Of a DNA stretch of 64,000 nt, positions 37,083 to 52,447 are shown piece after piece. Below the pieces are notes generated by a model. The model did not search any database and was not told where the DNA came from. It saw only the letters and a list, made by a program, of their open reading frames with translations. The translations under genes were made by a program, and so were the position numbers. Position 1 is the stretch's first letter. Each line of letters begins with the position of its first letter. The DNA is from Zootoca vivipara (taxonomy: Eukaryota): the NCBI RefSeq assembly GCF_963506605.1, contig NC_083281.1:37510001-37574000 (forward strand). Direction: 5' to 3'.

Positions 37083-40000
37083 CTCAGTGGAACACAAAAA
37101 TAAAAATGATGTATGGGGAAGACAAAAGGGAAAGGGGGGGTTGGGGAAGAGAATTAATTCATGTGCAGGAACATACAGAAGCCACTGTTTTGCTTTGGCT
37201 TCCATATTCTTAACACATTCCCTCCAGAGACACCCAAGACTTGCAGGCCACTTTGACAATTTGCTTTGAGAAGGATCTAGTCAAAATTGGCAGTGGCAAC
37301 AGCAGCAGAGTCCATGGCACTTCTCTGTGTAATTACTATACAGAACAATCCAATTAATGGCCAGAGAAGAGGAGAGAGGCCGCAGCAGCCAGGCAGCCAC
37401 AAGCACAGAAGGAGCATCGCCCTCATGTCTGCTTGCCCACGCTCACTATAGAGAAGGAAGCCAAGGCCTGGTCTGCAGATGGAGCAAAATGCAGAGGGAA
37501 AAGGACGGTCACCACAACACTTCCTTCTGAAGGCTGAAGTGGTGGTGGGATAACATGTCTAAATACTCCCCACGTAAAAAAAAGCAGTATACACACACAC
37601 ACAGAGGTCCCTGCAGGTAGAAATCCAGCAGATGAGAGGGCTAGATAAGAACCTCTGTTTGATGTGTTGCTACTTACAGGGATTTGAGTTTTACGTCAGG
37701 GAGCATTCAAGAACAGTGCACACAAAACCCACCTCGCAATTGTGAAGTTGTACAGTCCCCGCCCTCTGCTACCTTGGGATTCTACCACCTCTTTCTGCTG
37801 CGTGTCCAAGACCAGCCACAGGCCTCCCAACCACTAGAACATCCAAACCCAAAGCAGAATAGCGGAGGATTCAAACCCTCCACAGAGCAAGCAAGAGGCA
37901 GCTTTGCCATTTAAGCAGTCATTCAAAATGAGTCTAATGCAAATCAGTTTATGAAAGGATTAGAGCTTTCTGCTTCTCTGATGATAAAAAGAGGCCATGC
38001 AGAACACTCCGGCCCATTACAAACAAATCTCTCCAACCATTCCTGCTGTTTCTGTGAATGTGAGCTGCTCCGGCACCAAGCTGTGTAATCTGGCCCTATT
38101 TGCAATGAGATCTGGGAAGCCCCTGCGACCTGGAGGACAACCCAGCAAGTTGCCAGCTGCTAAAAAGGAAAGTGCCCACAGGGATCAGGCCTCTCCCTGC
38201 ACCCAAAAGAGAAGACCCCACCCCCAAGTGGGAGATTTTCTGCTTGGCAGTGAAGGCACTTTGCCTTCTAGAGAAGCCAAGTTTGGTCTCAGTCAAATGA
38301 ACCCCAAGGCTGGCAAAAAGCAGATTTTGGGGGAAGCAGTGGCTGCTCAGGGCAGAGGCGGCAGCCTTGCACTGAAAGCAGGAAGGGGAGCAACATCTCC
38401 TTTGGGGCTGCCATTGTGATGCAAGCTCTATGAGGGCAGGCCATGTATTCCTACATGGATATGCTGAGATCCCCCTTTGCTGCACATAGCTGCATAAAGC
38501 CCTGGAAAGTGTAGCAGAGGGAGGGCTGTCCTAGTCTTGGGGGACCCTAAGCACCTCCCTTGCTGTTGCTGTTGCTACCAACCACAGAGGACCATACAGA
38601 GCCAGGGGAAGGAAGTGAGCAGAGAGATCCGTCACAAAGAGCAACACAGTGGGACAATGTGGGGGGCAACATTTAGCCCTTCACACAAAAAGAGGAAAGC
38701 TCCTTGAATAGACACCTTGTGCCTGGCCGTCAGTGCTGGTGTCAGCCCACATCAGTGGATAATTTGGGTGTGGGTACTGAAGGGGTGATGGTAAGAGAAC
38801 CTAGGCTGCTCAACAGCACAGCCCCCTGCCAAAAATGAGGATGAGAGCCTTCTCCTTGAGGTGAAAAGGGACGGTTACTGAAATAAAACAGACTAGAGAC
38901 TCAGGGTAGAGCCTCAAAAAATATGCCAGCCACCAGGGCTAGAAGGGAGAGAGGGGGACTGTGCTTGCCCATTCCACTAACAAGACCAGGGGGGTGGGGA
39001 GTGAAAAGAGGGAGATTGCACCCCATAGACAAAAAGGCCGCTTGCAGCTACTCAATACAGACTGGATAGAAAGTGGAGTAATGGTGCTTCTGAGAGCTGT
39101 GGTGCCCTAAAGGCTGCAGAGAGCTTGCTGTGTGTCCACCTTCTGCACAAACGCTACCCTATCTGTGTAGGTACAAAACAAGATAGACCCAATGGAGGGG
39201 GACCACAGCAGAGATGATTTTGAAACAAACAAACAAAGGAATTTTTAAAAGAACATACATCAGAAGCAATTCCTGGTGAGGTGGGGGCCCCTCCACCACA
39301 TTAACGCCCCAACCGACGCTGTCTCCAGCTGGGAGTTGTTAGCACGCTGAATGGTGCAAGTGGCTGACTGGGGAGGAGCAGCCCCAGAATATGCTTGGAG
39401 GATGTACAGCAACCCGTCAGCCAGCCAGACCTTCCTCCTTTTGCCTGGCAGAGTGGATGGAATGGCAGAACAGGGATGGAATGATTGCCTGGGTGGGGCA
39501 GTTTACCTGCCTCCCCTGCCCAGAAAAAGCCAAGCACTGGCAGCTTGAGAGGGGGGCCCTGACCCTACGTGCACCTCTAAGGTGGTTCCACCAGGACAAA
39601 CCAGGATACGCTCAAGCTCTGCATCACAGAAAAGCGGGGGGCCCAGGGACTGTGGGTGGGATTGTTGCAAACCCATCAGGGAGCTCAGATACCTTTGCAG
39701 ATGCTCCCTGCAAATACTGTAACAGCGCAGAACACAGTCTTGTAATACCTTTGTTTTAAGCCTTTGGCTACCACCCAGTTCATTGCCACAGCAAGCATTT
39801 GTGTGAGGTTGGGGAAGGGGGGAGATATAGCAAAGAAAGGCGGAAATCAGGTAACCAAAAATACTAAATTTGCAAGGAGGCGGCCACATGAAGTTCTCAG
39901 CTGTACCTTAAAACCGCTCCATACCTTCACTCCATGTACAGGAGAGAGAGGGGCAACCTTCCCTATGCACAGGAGGGGGCGGTGCAGGAGGAAGGGAAAG

Positions 40001-40134
40001 GCCAGAGAAAGGAAACCGGCTGAAGTGGAGGTGGATTGCTGTGGCTCCCCATTTGCAGCTGGGCAGGTCAAGGTTAAAGATCACAGGTGGTGACCTCAGT
40101 CTCCTCTCCCTGCAACAGTCTCGAGTAGCGCTGT

Positions 40135-40185
40135 TTAAATCCTGGGCAGCAGCTTCTCAATGAATTCTTTCACAGCGATCATCTC
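40135..40185 (-). CDS. LYPLA2: Acyl-protein thioesterase 2 terminal coding exon
   Basis: gtgcag acceptor; EMIAVKEFIEKLLPRI-TAA; exons sum to 699 nt = 232 aa + stop. Confidence 0.95.
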   Translation of the reverse strand, partial: EMIAVKEFIEKLLPRI

Positions 40186-40238
40186 CTGCACAGAGTAAAA
40201 GGAGAAGTAGTGGGTTTTGGGGGGGTGGGGGTGTGCGT

Positions 40239-40239
<1 letters not shown>

Positions 40240-40281
<42 letters not shown>
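40240..40281. repeat. (CA)21 microsatellite
   Basis: Direct reading. Confidence 0.95.
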
Positions 40282-40284
<3 letters not shown>

Positions 40285-41091
40285 TCTCCTCCTCTTCAAA
40301 TACATAACAGCCCCAAACAGTTCATGTGCTCCATTCGGGGAGTGACAAGATTCTCTGCATTGAACTGAGGGTCATAAGACAGAAATAAATTCAAGAGCTG
40401 AAATGAGAATCGAGCTTATCAAGAGTCCAGGAGAGGGGAAAAACTGGCCAGTTTCCTTGTTATGCTACATGAGTTGCTGCCCACACATGTACGCTGATTT
40501 TCAAGTTTCAAGCAGTCTTTTGGCTGCCACAAGAAGAGGCTGCCAAGCCAGCTCACCAGTTTATTTTGCTGCTCATATAAAATCAAAAGTCAATTTAAGT
40601 ACTGTAAGTTGAGATTTTAAACATACGCCACAATTAAAGTGTCATGATGGCCCTTGGCTTTATCAGGAGTTGGGGGGTCTGGCCCATGAAAGCTGATGCC
40701 ACAATTTAGTTGTCTACCTTTAAGCTTCCACAGGGCACCTGCTATTTCCAGACTAACACTCTTATCTCTTTTGAATTAATCAGTTAAAAAAATACATATC
40801 CAGTTAAAGACAGCTGATTGCAGCAGTACAATATAATTAAATGGGGATCAAAAAGAGGCTGCCTGAGACCACCAGGTCTGCAAAGCTGCCTTAGGAAACT
40901 GGAGCATACAAGCCATAATAAGAGCTCATGGCAGAAGGCATTTCAAGGATTGCCTCAAAGGATGCTCTCTCTGAATGTCGAGGCACCAGGCACAGGACCT
41001 TCTCAGATACTCCCAGAGTAAGGGCATCTCAACCCTAATATCCCAGCATGCACCCTGGCTGCAACCAAGATATGGCATTCAACTAAGACTA

Positions 41092-41403
<312 letters not shown>

Positions 41404-41426
41404 CTAGTTGTGAAGGGACTGCTCTA

Positions 41427-41831
<405 letters not shown>

Positions 41832-42600
41832 TCATGCACAGCGCCAGAGAAGAACCCTTACCACTTCCTGCCCCACTTAACTGCTTGAGGGGAAAAATAG
41901 ACCTGGTGCAACCTAAACCTTTCAAAAATAAAGAACCAAATTCTGCAACTTGATTATATTCTACCTACACAAATTTCAATTGCTTCCCTTTCTTTTTTTT
42001 TTGCATGCAATGTTCAGCTTGCCAGAAGGAAACATGGAAGTACAGTGGTACCTCGGGTTACGAACTTAATTTGTTCCGGACATCCATTCTTAACCCGAAA
42101 CCGTTCTTAACCTGAGGCGCGCTTTTGCTAATGGAGCCTCCCGCTGCCACCACGTGATTTCCGTTCTCCTCCTGGGGCAAAGTTCTCAACCCGAGGTACT
42201 ACTTCCAGGTTAGCAGTTTGTAACCCAAAGTGTTTGTAACCTGAGGTAGAGGGCAGAAGTTCCACTCCGGAAGTCTAGCTCTGTCCCCACACCCATCCTT
42301 GGATTGTAAGGTTTTACCAGACATTACCCCAAAGTGTGTGTGTTTCCCATGGCCATAAAGGTTAGAAATGTGTTTTGAATGGAAAAAGTGAAAGCAGTAT
42401 GACTCAGAATACCACTTAACCTCAATACAGTACTGTTGAAACAACTGCACACATCCAAGTTGCTGCTCCAGAGGAAGCTATACCTCGTCTCCCGTGCTCC
42501 CCGCCCTCCTCCATTGTTAGCAAGGTGGCAGCCGCTAGTTCCCCATCTCCCCCCAGCACCAGTGCTCATGTCCTGTTCCTCATTTCCAACCCCACTGTCA

Positions 42601-42747
<147 letters not shown>

Positions 42748-44007
42748 TCAAGGTCACATAATATCACAGGCCTTGCATCTCAGGTGCCAAATATGTTGGG
42801 GGCACATGAATTACAAAGACAAAGTCTGTTGGCACAGATCTATTTCGCCAAGTTTCCTCTGCTTCAAAATGGCATGTTTTTAAAAGGAGTGTGATGTTCT
42901 TTCTGGCAAGGCCTCTGGTGGCAGAGATCAAGGTAAAAGGAGTGAAGTTTGAAAAATGGGGGGGGGGAGCACAAGACAATCAATGTTTGCCTTGGGCTCA
43001 GCTCTCCCTCATGAAAAGTGATGCCACAAAATACATGCTAGTCTTTTAAGATGCCAGAGGACTCTTGGTTTTGCTGCAGTGGACCAACATGGTTGTTTCT
43101 CTGGAATTTGAAGCTTGCCCAAGACCTCTTCAGTGAGTTCACAGTTCACAGCCTTCACCACTATGTCACACCAGCTTTGGAGAGAGTTGGTGTGAGATTG
43201 CTAAAACCCAGAAACCACTCTTCTTTGGTGTTGAAATGTTTAAAAAGGCAGACAGTGCCAAGATGCCACACATTTGCAAATCAGGAATCCGCCTTGGGAG
43301 CACACATTCCCACTCTCTGAGTCTTTCCTGCTGGAGTGATTCATCTCCTCTTCTTCTCCTGCCAACGTTAACAATTTGGGAATGGCTGCAAATCGGTGGT
43401 AGAGCATCTGCTTTGCATGCAGAAGATCCTAGATTCAATCCCCAGAATCTGTGGGTAGGGCTGGAAAGACCCTTGTCATAAAGCTGCCCATCAGCATAGA
43501 CAAAACCCAGCCAAGGGTCTGACTAGGTAAGGTAATTTCCCATGTTGCTAGCCAACGATTTTTTATACAGACCAATGCAAACCATGGTTATTACAACCAG
43601 CTTCCCTCATTACCATGGTTTCCATATGTTTTGGATAGGAACTATGGTTTGCAACCACTGCATCTGCAACACAAAACTAGTTAAAATTGGAAAGGGTAGG
43701 CAGGGGTAAAATCATCTTGGAGAAGGGATAAATATGGTGTGGGAGTGGAGGATGGCTCAAGATATGCAAAACATTGTCTACGGGATGCCTGTTACATTTG
43801 CACTAGGAGGAAGTGTTTTAAAATGAGCCTTCCATGCATTCAGAATGTAAACATCCCAAACTGCTTCACTCGCTTTACTTTTTTGCAAGAATTAGGAAGT
43901 GGTCCTTTTGGAACTGGGAATGTAAAAAAGGGCAGAGGCTCTTTATGGCTCAAGGAACAGAACCCAAGTCTCTCTCTTTCTCTCTGGCTTTCAAATGCTG
44001 TCAGTCA

Positions 44008-44154
<147 letters not shown>

Positions 44155-44908
44155 TTAGCCCCTACATGAGGCTGGCTAAGCAAGCACATTATATGACTAT
44201 ATAGTGTCCTGGCAGCTTGGCTGTGCTATTCCAAACTCTTCTATATGAAAGAATTAAAAGTGATTAAGGGAGGACTCTGCTGGAGAGGTTTCCACCCGGC
44301 AGACTATCTGCTGCCTGCAGACATGCACCAGTTCAGAGACCTTCTTTCCACTGGGTCTTACGAGGCAGCAAGCCTGCCTATGCTCCCCTGCTGCATTGTG
44401 AATCTACATTAATGCCTATTGCTCAGAAAAGTAACTAGAGACACAGGAAGTGAAACCTGTGGATGTTGAAACAATATATATTGCTTAAAAGACTGTTAAA
44501 GGGCTGTGGATCAGAACCCTAGGCAAGGCAAGTTACCTGGTAGGCAGTACCCTCCACCTCATGGCCCAAATGTCTTATTTAAAGACTCACTCTTCGTCCT
44601 CTACATTGCACCCCAGCCTTATAGGAGTAGCCATGGTGTGCCCCCTACGAATCGAACTTCCCCTAGCCAAAAAACATCGACCAGCTTCCTCAGGTCCACT
44701 AAACCTTTGCACACAGCTGCTGCCTTTAATTTTCCCCCTCCCATCAGCCTCTCATCTGTATCATTCCCCATCACTCCTGGTGACTGCCACAAGCCCAGGT
44801 CTGGCTGCCATATTTCCTTATGATGTCATGCAGGCCAGAAAAAGAAGTGCCTGGATAAGCATGTCGCTTATCTGTCAGCAATTAAAATTAACATTGTTTT
44901 ATACTAAC

Positions 44909-44956
44909 CACGATGGCATGACCATCTTCATGTTGAGGGTGACAGGGATCCTAGGC
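44909..44956 (-). CDS. LYPLA2: LYPLA2 coding exon 4
   Basis: 48 nt, PRIPVTLNMKMVMPSW. Confidence 0.95.
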
Positions 44957-47774
44957 CTGCAAGGATATGAGAGGGTGGGGAAAGAGGGGGGGGGGGAGAG
45001 AGAAGCAGGCAATTACGCTCCAGTAGGAAGAGACAACAGGCTCCTCACAAACCTAAGAAACCTCAACTCATCCAGATATAGGAGAGTTTGCAAAACCTGC
45101 AAAGGCTGCACATTCTATCAAATCATGAACTTGTACAATGTGACTCTAAAAGGTATGGGATAAACATGACTGAGTTCCAGCGACAGAATTGCTAGCTGTT
45201 TCCCCCCCAAGTACCCAACCTCAGGGTCTGCCCAGGTAGGGTTAGCTTTGCAAAGAAGCAGGTGACAAAGATCTTTACATATGCACACGCGCACACAGCC
45301 TGCTCTGATTGCCCTTTCTTCCTTTCTAAGAAACACACACAGTCCCTCCTGGATCAGGCAGTGTTTGGTGTGGTTGCCAAGCAGCCCACCCTGGGACCTG
45401 GACATTTGGGGACTGACTTGAGCACAAACTAGGTGCTTTGGCTAGAGTTGCTGAGGAAGCAGCAGCCATCTCCTTTGGGCTGAAAGCCTCATGAGGCTGC
45501 ACTCACCGCAGTGGGCGCAGGGCTTCGCATGTCTGCCTGTTGCTATCAACAGAAGAGCCGGACTCAAGTAGGAGCAGTCTGCAAGTCGCTCAATTTTGTC
45601 TTAAAAATGACCCAGGTGCCATCACAAAAACAGACATGGCTACTTTGCAGGTAAGCGGGGGGAGGGGAGGGGGGGAGATATTGCAGGCTCCAGGCAGAAC
45701 AGCATGGCTCTTCCTGGTGTTCTGACAGAAAGAATGTAGGTGAAGGCAGACATCAGCTCTTTTGGAGCCTATTTTACTCATCCTGCCATTACCACTGCAA
45801 GTCCAGGTTCAAAGAGGTGCCTAGGAAGGGAAACTGATGCCTGTTTATCATCCTGTATGGCACCCAGACCCACCTCTTTAGCCACACCCCAGCTGATGCA
45901 TCCCCGCCTTGCTTGTCAACATGCTCTTTGTGGCGAACCTAGAGATTCCCCAGTGTAAGGGGGAACACAATGGTCCAGTTGTGGGGTATGATTATCTGTC
46001 CATGTTCCACCTGGGAGCTGCTGGGGGTGGGGACTTGGTGAAGGGAAAACCAGGTCAAACAGACACTCGAGTTTTGTAACAAGGGCAAAATTATTTGTGA
46101 GCCTCTCTTAATATGTGCTTGGCAGATACTATGTTTGTCCAAAGCAAGCAAACTCATGCTAAGGGGTGAGGTGGAGAGGCAGTGTGCTTTGTGCCTCAGA
46201 GAACTTGGGCTAATTTACTGAAGGCTTTTTGAAATAAGCACCGGTGCTGTATAGTGTACAATACCCTGAATGGCTGCCACTGGATAATCCATGCATGTTA
46301 TAGGGAGCTGGAGCTTATGGAGTTCAGGCAGTGTTGGGTTGGCTAGCAATCCCTGCTGAGCTCCTTCCAGTCACTGTCATAGAGGCAGTAAATTTTTTGA
46401 GTACCGGTTGCTGGAAAGTGCAGGAGGGGAGAGTGCTTCTGTGTGCAGGCTCCCCAGAGACAACAGGTTGGCCATTGTGAGAACAAGATGCTGGATCAGA
46501 TGCATCATTGGCCTAATCCAGCGGGATCTTATGTTCTCAGATTAGAATATCAGATGATTAAGGCTGATATCCTTGTGGAGAAATGGTGGCTTCTGTTAAT
46601 GTTGGTCAGTCAAGAAGTTTGCACTAGCTGACCTACAGGTGTTCAATTCCCAACCTGGTTTGGTCAAAAGTCAACATCATGTCGTCTGATGTCTATTTTT
46701 CAGATTGGGTCACCACTTTGATATTAATGTACTAACCTCAATCTGTAACATTTAATATGGCTGTTTTACCATTAACACAAAAGTATTGTTTTTTGTTGTG
46801 ATGTTCGTGCGATTGTAATATTTTACAGTTTAAAATCTTCCAAAAAAATTGATTGAAAAAGATTAGAATATCAGGGATAACAAAATGACTGGTTAATTAA
46901 TGATTGGTGGAGCTGTTTTTTTTGTTTTTGTTTTGCAAGGGCAGAATCTTAAGCGGGCAGCAAAAACTTATGCCACAGCCCCTAAAAAGCTATAGGTTAA
47001 GTGCTGTACTCACTTTGAGACAGCCAGAGCTGGCTCGATCCAACAAGAAAGAGAACTGGGATGCAGCTGAGATTCTGCCTTAGCACATACATATATTTCT
47101 ATTTTAAAAAGGAAAAAGTGGACACAGGCAGGAAAAATATCACAGCCCAATTCCACTAATGGAATATATATTGTATTGTGCTTAAGGAAGCGAAGCCTCT
47201 GGCAGTGGTGCAATGATGCGCATAAGAGGAGCTCTACTGGATCAGATCAAAGGGCTACCTAGTCTAGCATGCCGCTCCCTACAGTAACCAACCAGAAGCC
47301 CAGAGAAGCTCACAAAAATGACATAGGAAACACCCTTATCCTGCCTCTCAACCTATAAGGTTCCAAATTACATAAGAGCAAAGCTGTCAGAATGCCTGCA
47401 ATCTAGTTTCCATGGGTGAAGAGAATGTTTCCAGTTTGGCTAGGATTAAAACCACACACAGGCCTTAAGGGAACCTGTGCTCCACACCTCCTCCCCATTG
47501 TTGGACTTTGGTTTCCATTAGTCCAGAGTTACCATGGCCATTGGTGAGGAATGATGAGATTGTGCTGGCTGGGGCTAATGGGAGCTGCAGTCCAGAACAA
47601 CTGAAGGGCACTAGGCTGGGGATGGTGAATGTATTTTCTGAATCTGTCAGGGAAGCTTATTTCTGGCTGGGGGAAACCAGACTGATCAGGGGAACACCCC
47701 CCCCCCCAAGCAGAGGCTTGTTTCCTGAAACATATGCGAGCCTTAATTGTAACCCAGGGCAGAGGCAACACTTA

Positions 47775-47954
<180 letters not shown>

Positions 47955-48546
47955 CTACTGGAAAGCCATGGTGGGATATTTTCATAGCTGCCAACTGTGG
48001 TAAGAAGCATTTATGCAAAGCTATACATAAAGACTCAAGTAAACTTATATACCCTGTATGAGTAACTGCAATCCAGTAAAGTCAGTAAATCCTCCTCCAC
48101 CTGGTGCAGCATTCCAACAGGAGAGCTCAGCAGTCAGTCCACGTAGACCAGCATTCCCCAGCCTGGTGCCTTTCAGATGTCTTGGACTATAATGTCCATC
48201 ATCCCTGACCTGACCAATGGCCATGCTGGAATGGGCTGATGGGAGCAGGAGTCCAAGGTTTCTGGAAGGCACCAGGTTGGAGAAGGCTTGTGTAGACATA
48301 CTGAGCTAGATACACCAATGATCTGATTTGGTATAAGGCATTTTCCTGGATAGGTAAACTATTGCTTTTGTCTCAACATTACCTCATTCCAATCCTGCCG
48401 CTGCTCATGCTGGCTAGAATGTTAACCTTCAACATTTCCCAACTAGAAACAGGAGCATTGGTCTCTTTTGGGCCCAGGCTGCTGGAACAAAGAAGGTTTC
48501 CCCCTTCCCTTCTTGCCTCAGTTACTAACACAACCCAAACACTCAC

Positions 48547-48578
48547 CCTGTGTCTCCAAGCCCATGTAAAAAAATGAC
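48547..48578 (-). CDS. LYPLA2: LYPLA2 coding exon 2
   Basis: 32 nt, VIFLHGLGDTG; cacag acceptor, gtgagt donor. Confidence 0.95.
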
Positions 48579-49024
48579 CTGTGAAATCAAGCAGAAAAGA
48601 ACACATTAGGCAGCACAACAAGTGCAAAAGTGCTACCAAAGCACATCAGGAGCATCCTGTGAGACGAATTAGTTGCAAAAAAAAAAAAAAAAAAAAAGAA
48701 AGCACAGCAGTGAATTATGCTAAAGGAGAAAAGCAGGAAGGACCCAACCTAAAGTGAGAAGGAGAGCCTGGGAACGAAGAGCCTACACATCACCATGTGT
48801 GTGCCCCAGCTGTAATCAGAGAAGAGGCCTCAACCCCACCCCACCCCACCCCCAAAGTTTCTGAAGAGGGACTGCTAACACATCATGTACACATCTGCAC
48901 CTGGAAGACAGAAGCCAAACACAAGACGTAAGCTGAGCCATGCAGAGAGGCCCATCATCTAGAGTTCCTAAACCTAGGCATTGTGATAAGCTCACCCCAT
49001 ACATTCCCACTTGACTGCTTAGAT

Positions 49025-49160
49025 CAGGCACCCCCAAACTGCGGCCCTCCAGATGTTTTGGCCTACAACACCCATGATCCCTAGCTAACAGGACCAGTGG
49101 TCAGGGAAGATGGGAATTGTAGTACAAAACATCTGGAGGGCCGAAATTTGGGAATGCCTG
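49025..49160. mobile_element. ~135-bp palindromic hAT MITE with perfect TSD
   Basis: TSD GCTTAGAT on both sides. Confidence 0.9.
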
Positions 49161-52100
49161 GCTTAGATCTCCAGAACCAGCACTCTACACATGCCACAAA
49201 ACATGCATTCCACACTTGTGAGAAATCCATCCTTTAGTGTGGCAGAACTTTGGAACTCCCTGCCCACTTACAGTAGGCAGGCACCTACTGTAATACTTTC
49301 AGTGCCTGGTAAAAAATTGTTCATTTCAGCAAGCCTACTCAGGCATGTAGTTGCAATTTGTGTTTTTAAATTTACTTATCTTCTTTTGAATTTTAAACTT
49401 TTTGATGTAACTTTTTAAATGTTTGCTTTTGCTGGTATTTTATAGGAATATTATAGATTGTAAACCACTTAGGAGTCTTTTGTTTGAGTAACCATTATAT
49501 AAATGTTGTTTAAAAAATATGCCCCACCCCCAATAACTTCTGGGTCAAGGTTATTGCTTTCTGTGAACTAATCCGACAGGCTGCTACCACCTCCTCTCCT
49601 AAACCTTGCCTATTTCAAGCATTTAATATTTCACCTCAAAGAAAGTATAAGCTTTCACAGGATCACAATAACTGGCTTCCTGAGAATCTCCATTTTCAAA
49701 AAGAATGTTTCTAGCTTTATGGCTTTGAGGCCAATATGAAGTGAGTATGACCGGTGAAGTCTCAAAAACCATAGAGGTGGCCCAGTCTGGTTTCCAGTGG
49801 TTGAGGCTTCTGAGCCTTGCATAACTCCTCTGCCCCCTCTGCATAATACTGTATTTTTCTGTCTATAAGATGCCCTCATGTATAAGACACCCCCTATTTT
49901 TGGGGACTCAGATTTAAGAAAATGGGGGGTGGGAGAGATATATCTGTGTATAAGACGCCCCCTAATTTTTGACATTATTTTTAGGGGAAAAAACCTAGTC
50001 TTATATATGGTATATTTATTTGCTGAGAATGGAAACAGTAAAAGTTGTGCAATAAATTATGCATAATAAAGAGGTATTGCACAAATTTGCAAAAAATTAT
50101 ACAGCTTGAATAATTCAGCACTTCTTGATGAAGAACTGGGCAATTTATCTTAGCACTGAGAATCACAGTGATATAAAGGTCCTATTTAAATGGCAGGCTC
50201 TCCATGCAATTGAATCTGGCCTTTCAAAAATTCACACAGAAATGCTGGTATACAGCTTCTTGCACCCCTCTGTTATCAATGTTATTCTTGACCAGCAGCC
50301 CAGATAGAGGAAACCAAACACCCCCCAGCAGAGCTGGATGTGCTTTGCTTCCCCATTTCTGTTGGCAACCACAAGTTCCAGCCTTCTTGAAGAAAAACAG
50401 TTGTTCATTAGAAAGGTCAGGGAAGTTAGCAATTCCAGTCCAGGTGAGAGGGTTAAAAAGCTTCCATCAACCAGCTACATGGCTACATCTCTGCAGCAGG
50501 TTACCACACTGCTAAACCCAGCAGTATTTTGGCAGTGACAGACCCACTTGCAGGCAGACAGGCCTGTTCACACCATCAGTTACCTCAGTCATGTCTCCTG
50601 AGCAGCTTCAATCTCTGTTCACAAGCCAAGTAACTGAGAAGGCACACTCCAAATATTTACATCTGAGTATTCACATCCACTCCCTGTGTGTCAGACCACC
50701 AGAGACCCTCTTCTGATTCTTGCAGAGAGGTTAGTGCAAACTAACTTCTCGTGAATGTCTTCACAGGATTTACCCAATGGAACGCTAGAGACTTGTAAAG
50801 CTTTGCTTCTGTTGCAGATCTTGATATATGGTTTGGCTGCTTATGAGCTCTGAAAAACATGGCTTTCCTTTGTAGCGGAAGAGCAAGTTCCTAGCCATTA
50901 TCACTGTGGTCTTTGGAAGAGGAAATTGTACAGTTTCGTTTCCCTCCCTGTGGCTCCAAATGATTATGCCAGAAAACCTATTACTGCCCTAGTTCCATTC
51001 TTCATTTAACGCATCCATTCTTCTCTCTTATGTCTAACCCTCACCAAAACGGCTACAAATTCTACAAACACCTCTGCCTACCCCATCTCAATCAGCACAC
51101 ATTACAGAGAAACTCTCAATCCCACAGAGTTCTTGACAATCTGAGGGTTGTTTCACACATTTAAAATCCCCTCATGGAACTTGGGTGCAAAGGGGAATTG
51201 GCTCTTCGAGAATTCAATCTCACTCCTTCCCACAGTGCTGAAACATTTAACACCCCACTCCAAGTCTTCATATCCCATCAGCCTTTCTCTCTGTCCTTTA
51301 AAAAGGAAACAGAGTCACAATTACACATGCAAATTAATCAATATGCATGCATAATAGAACAAGGAGATGGGTTTTACAAAGTAATATTTGCTGAATTCCA
51401 GAATGCAATAATTGCTGTTGCACAGAATGTGGCAAAATTTAGCATCTTTTGTCTGTTGGGCACATATGTTCGGAAAAGCTCAGTTACTAGTCCTAAGGAA
51501 TGCAGAAAACAAACTTCTTCTTTTTTTAAAAAAAGAGTGTTCTGGGGCTTGGCAGAACTAACCAATGGTCAGAAGGGAGCACTTCTGGTGTCCCTTGCCT
51601 CCTGATCACTCACAGCCATGCCCCTACAGACCACTCATCTCTAACAGCACTGAGGAGACCAAATACTGAAAAAGAATTATATAGCCGATCTAGGCAAAAT
51701 GTGTTTGATTTATGTAATGTGTTCTCCTTGCAGAATTTAAATTTTTGTGAAGGAGAGGGCACGGTTCACACAGATAGGCAGAAAATAAAACTGCAAGGTA
51801 CATCTGATGGTGCAAATGCAGGCAGAGCCAGCAACAAGGGCGAGGATTATAGGAGCCTGGGAGCCTGGTGGGTGTCAGTGTCATTTCTGCAGAAGCACTT
51901 GGCCATGATGGTTGATCACAGCAGCCCCACATTTGGATTAAGGGGGTGGTAGGAAGCAAGCCTTGGCTATTATTTCCTTGTTAGTGCAAGAGTAGCAATG
52001 CCGAGGCCAACACAATTTGATACAGCTGGGCTAATTACCTGCCAGAGGCAGCGGTGGTGTTTTGCGCAGGTCCTACACAAACAACATTGTGCTGTTTACT

Positions 52101-52297
52101 GGAAAGGAATGAAACCATGTTGATCTCTTCCCACAGCCCTCCCCTCACCAAAGTTTCTCTCTGCACAATTCCTCTGCCACCCCCCACCCCACCCCTTTCT
52201 CTCAAACGGCTTCTGAGTTAAAGGGAGGGAAGCCCCTTGACATTAGCAGCAACCAAGAGGAGGGGGGTGGAGGAAAGAAATCCAGTTAATTCCCCTA

Positions 52298-52447
<150 letters not shown>

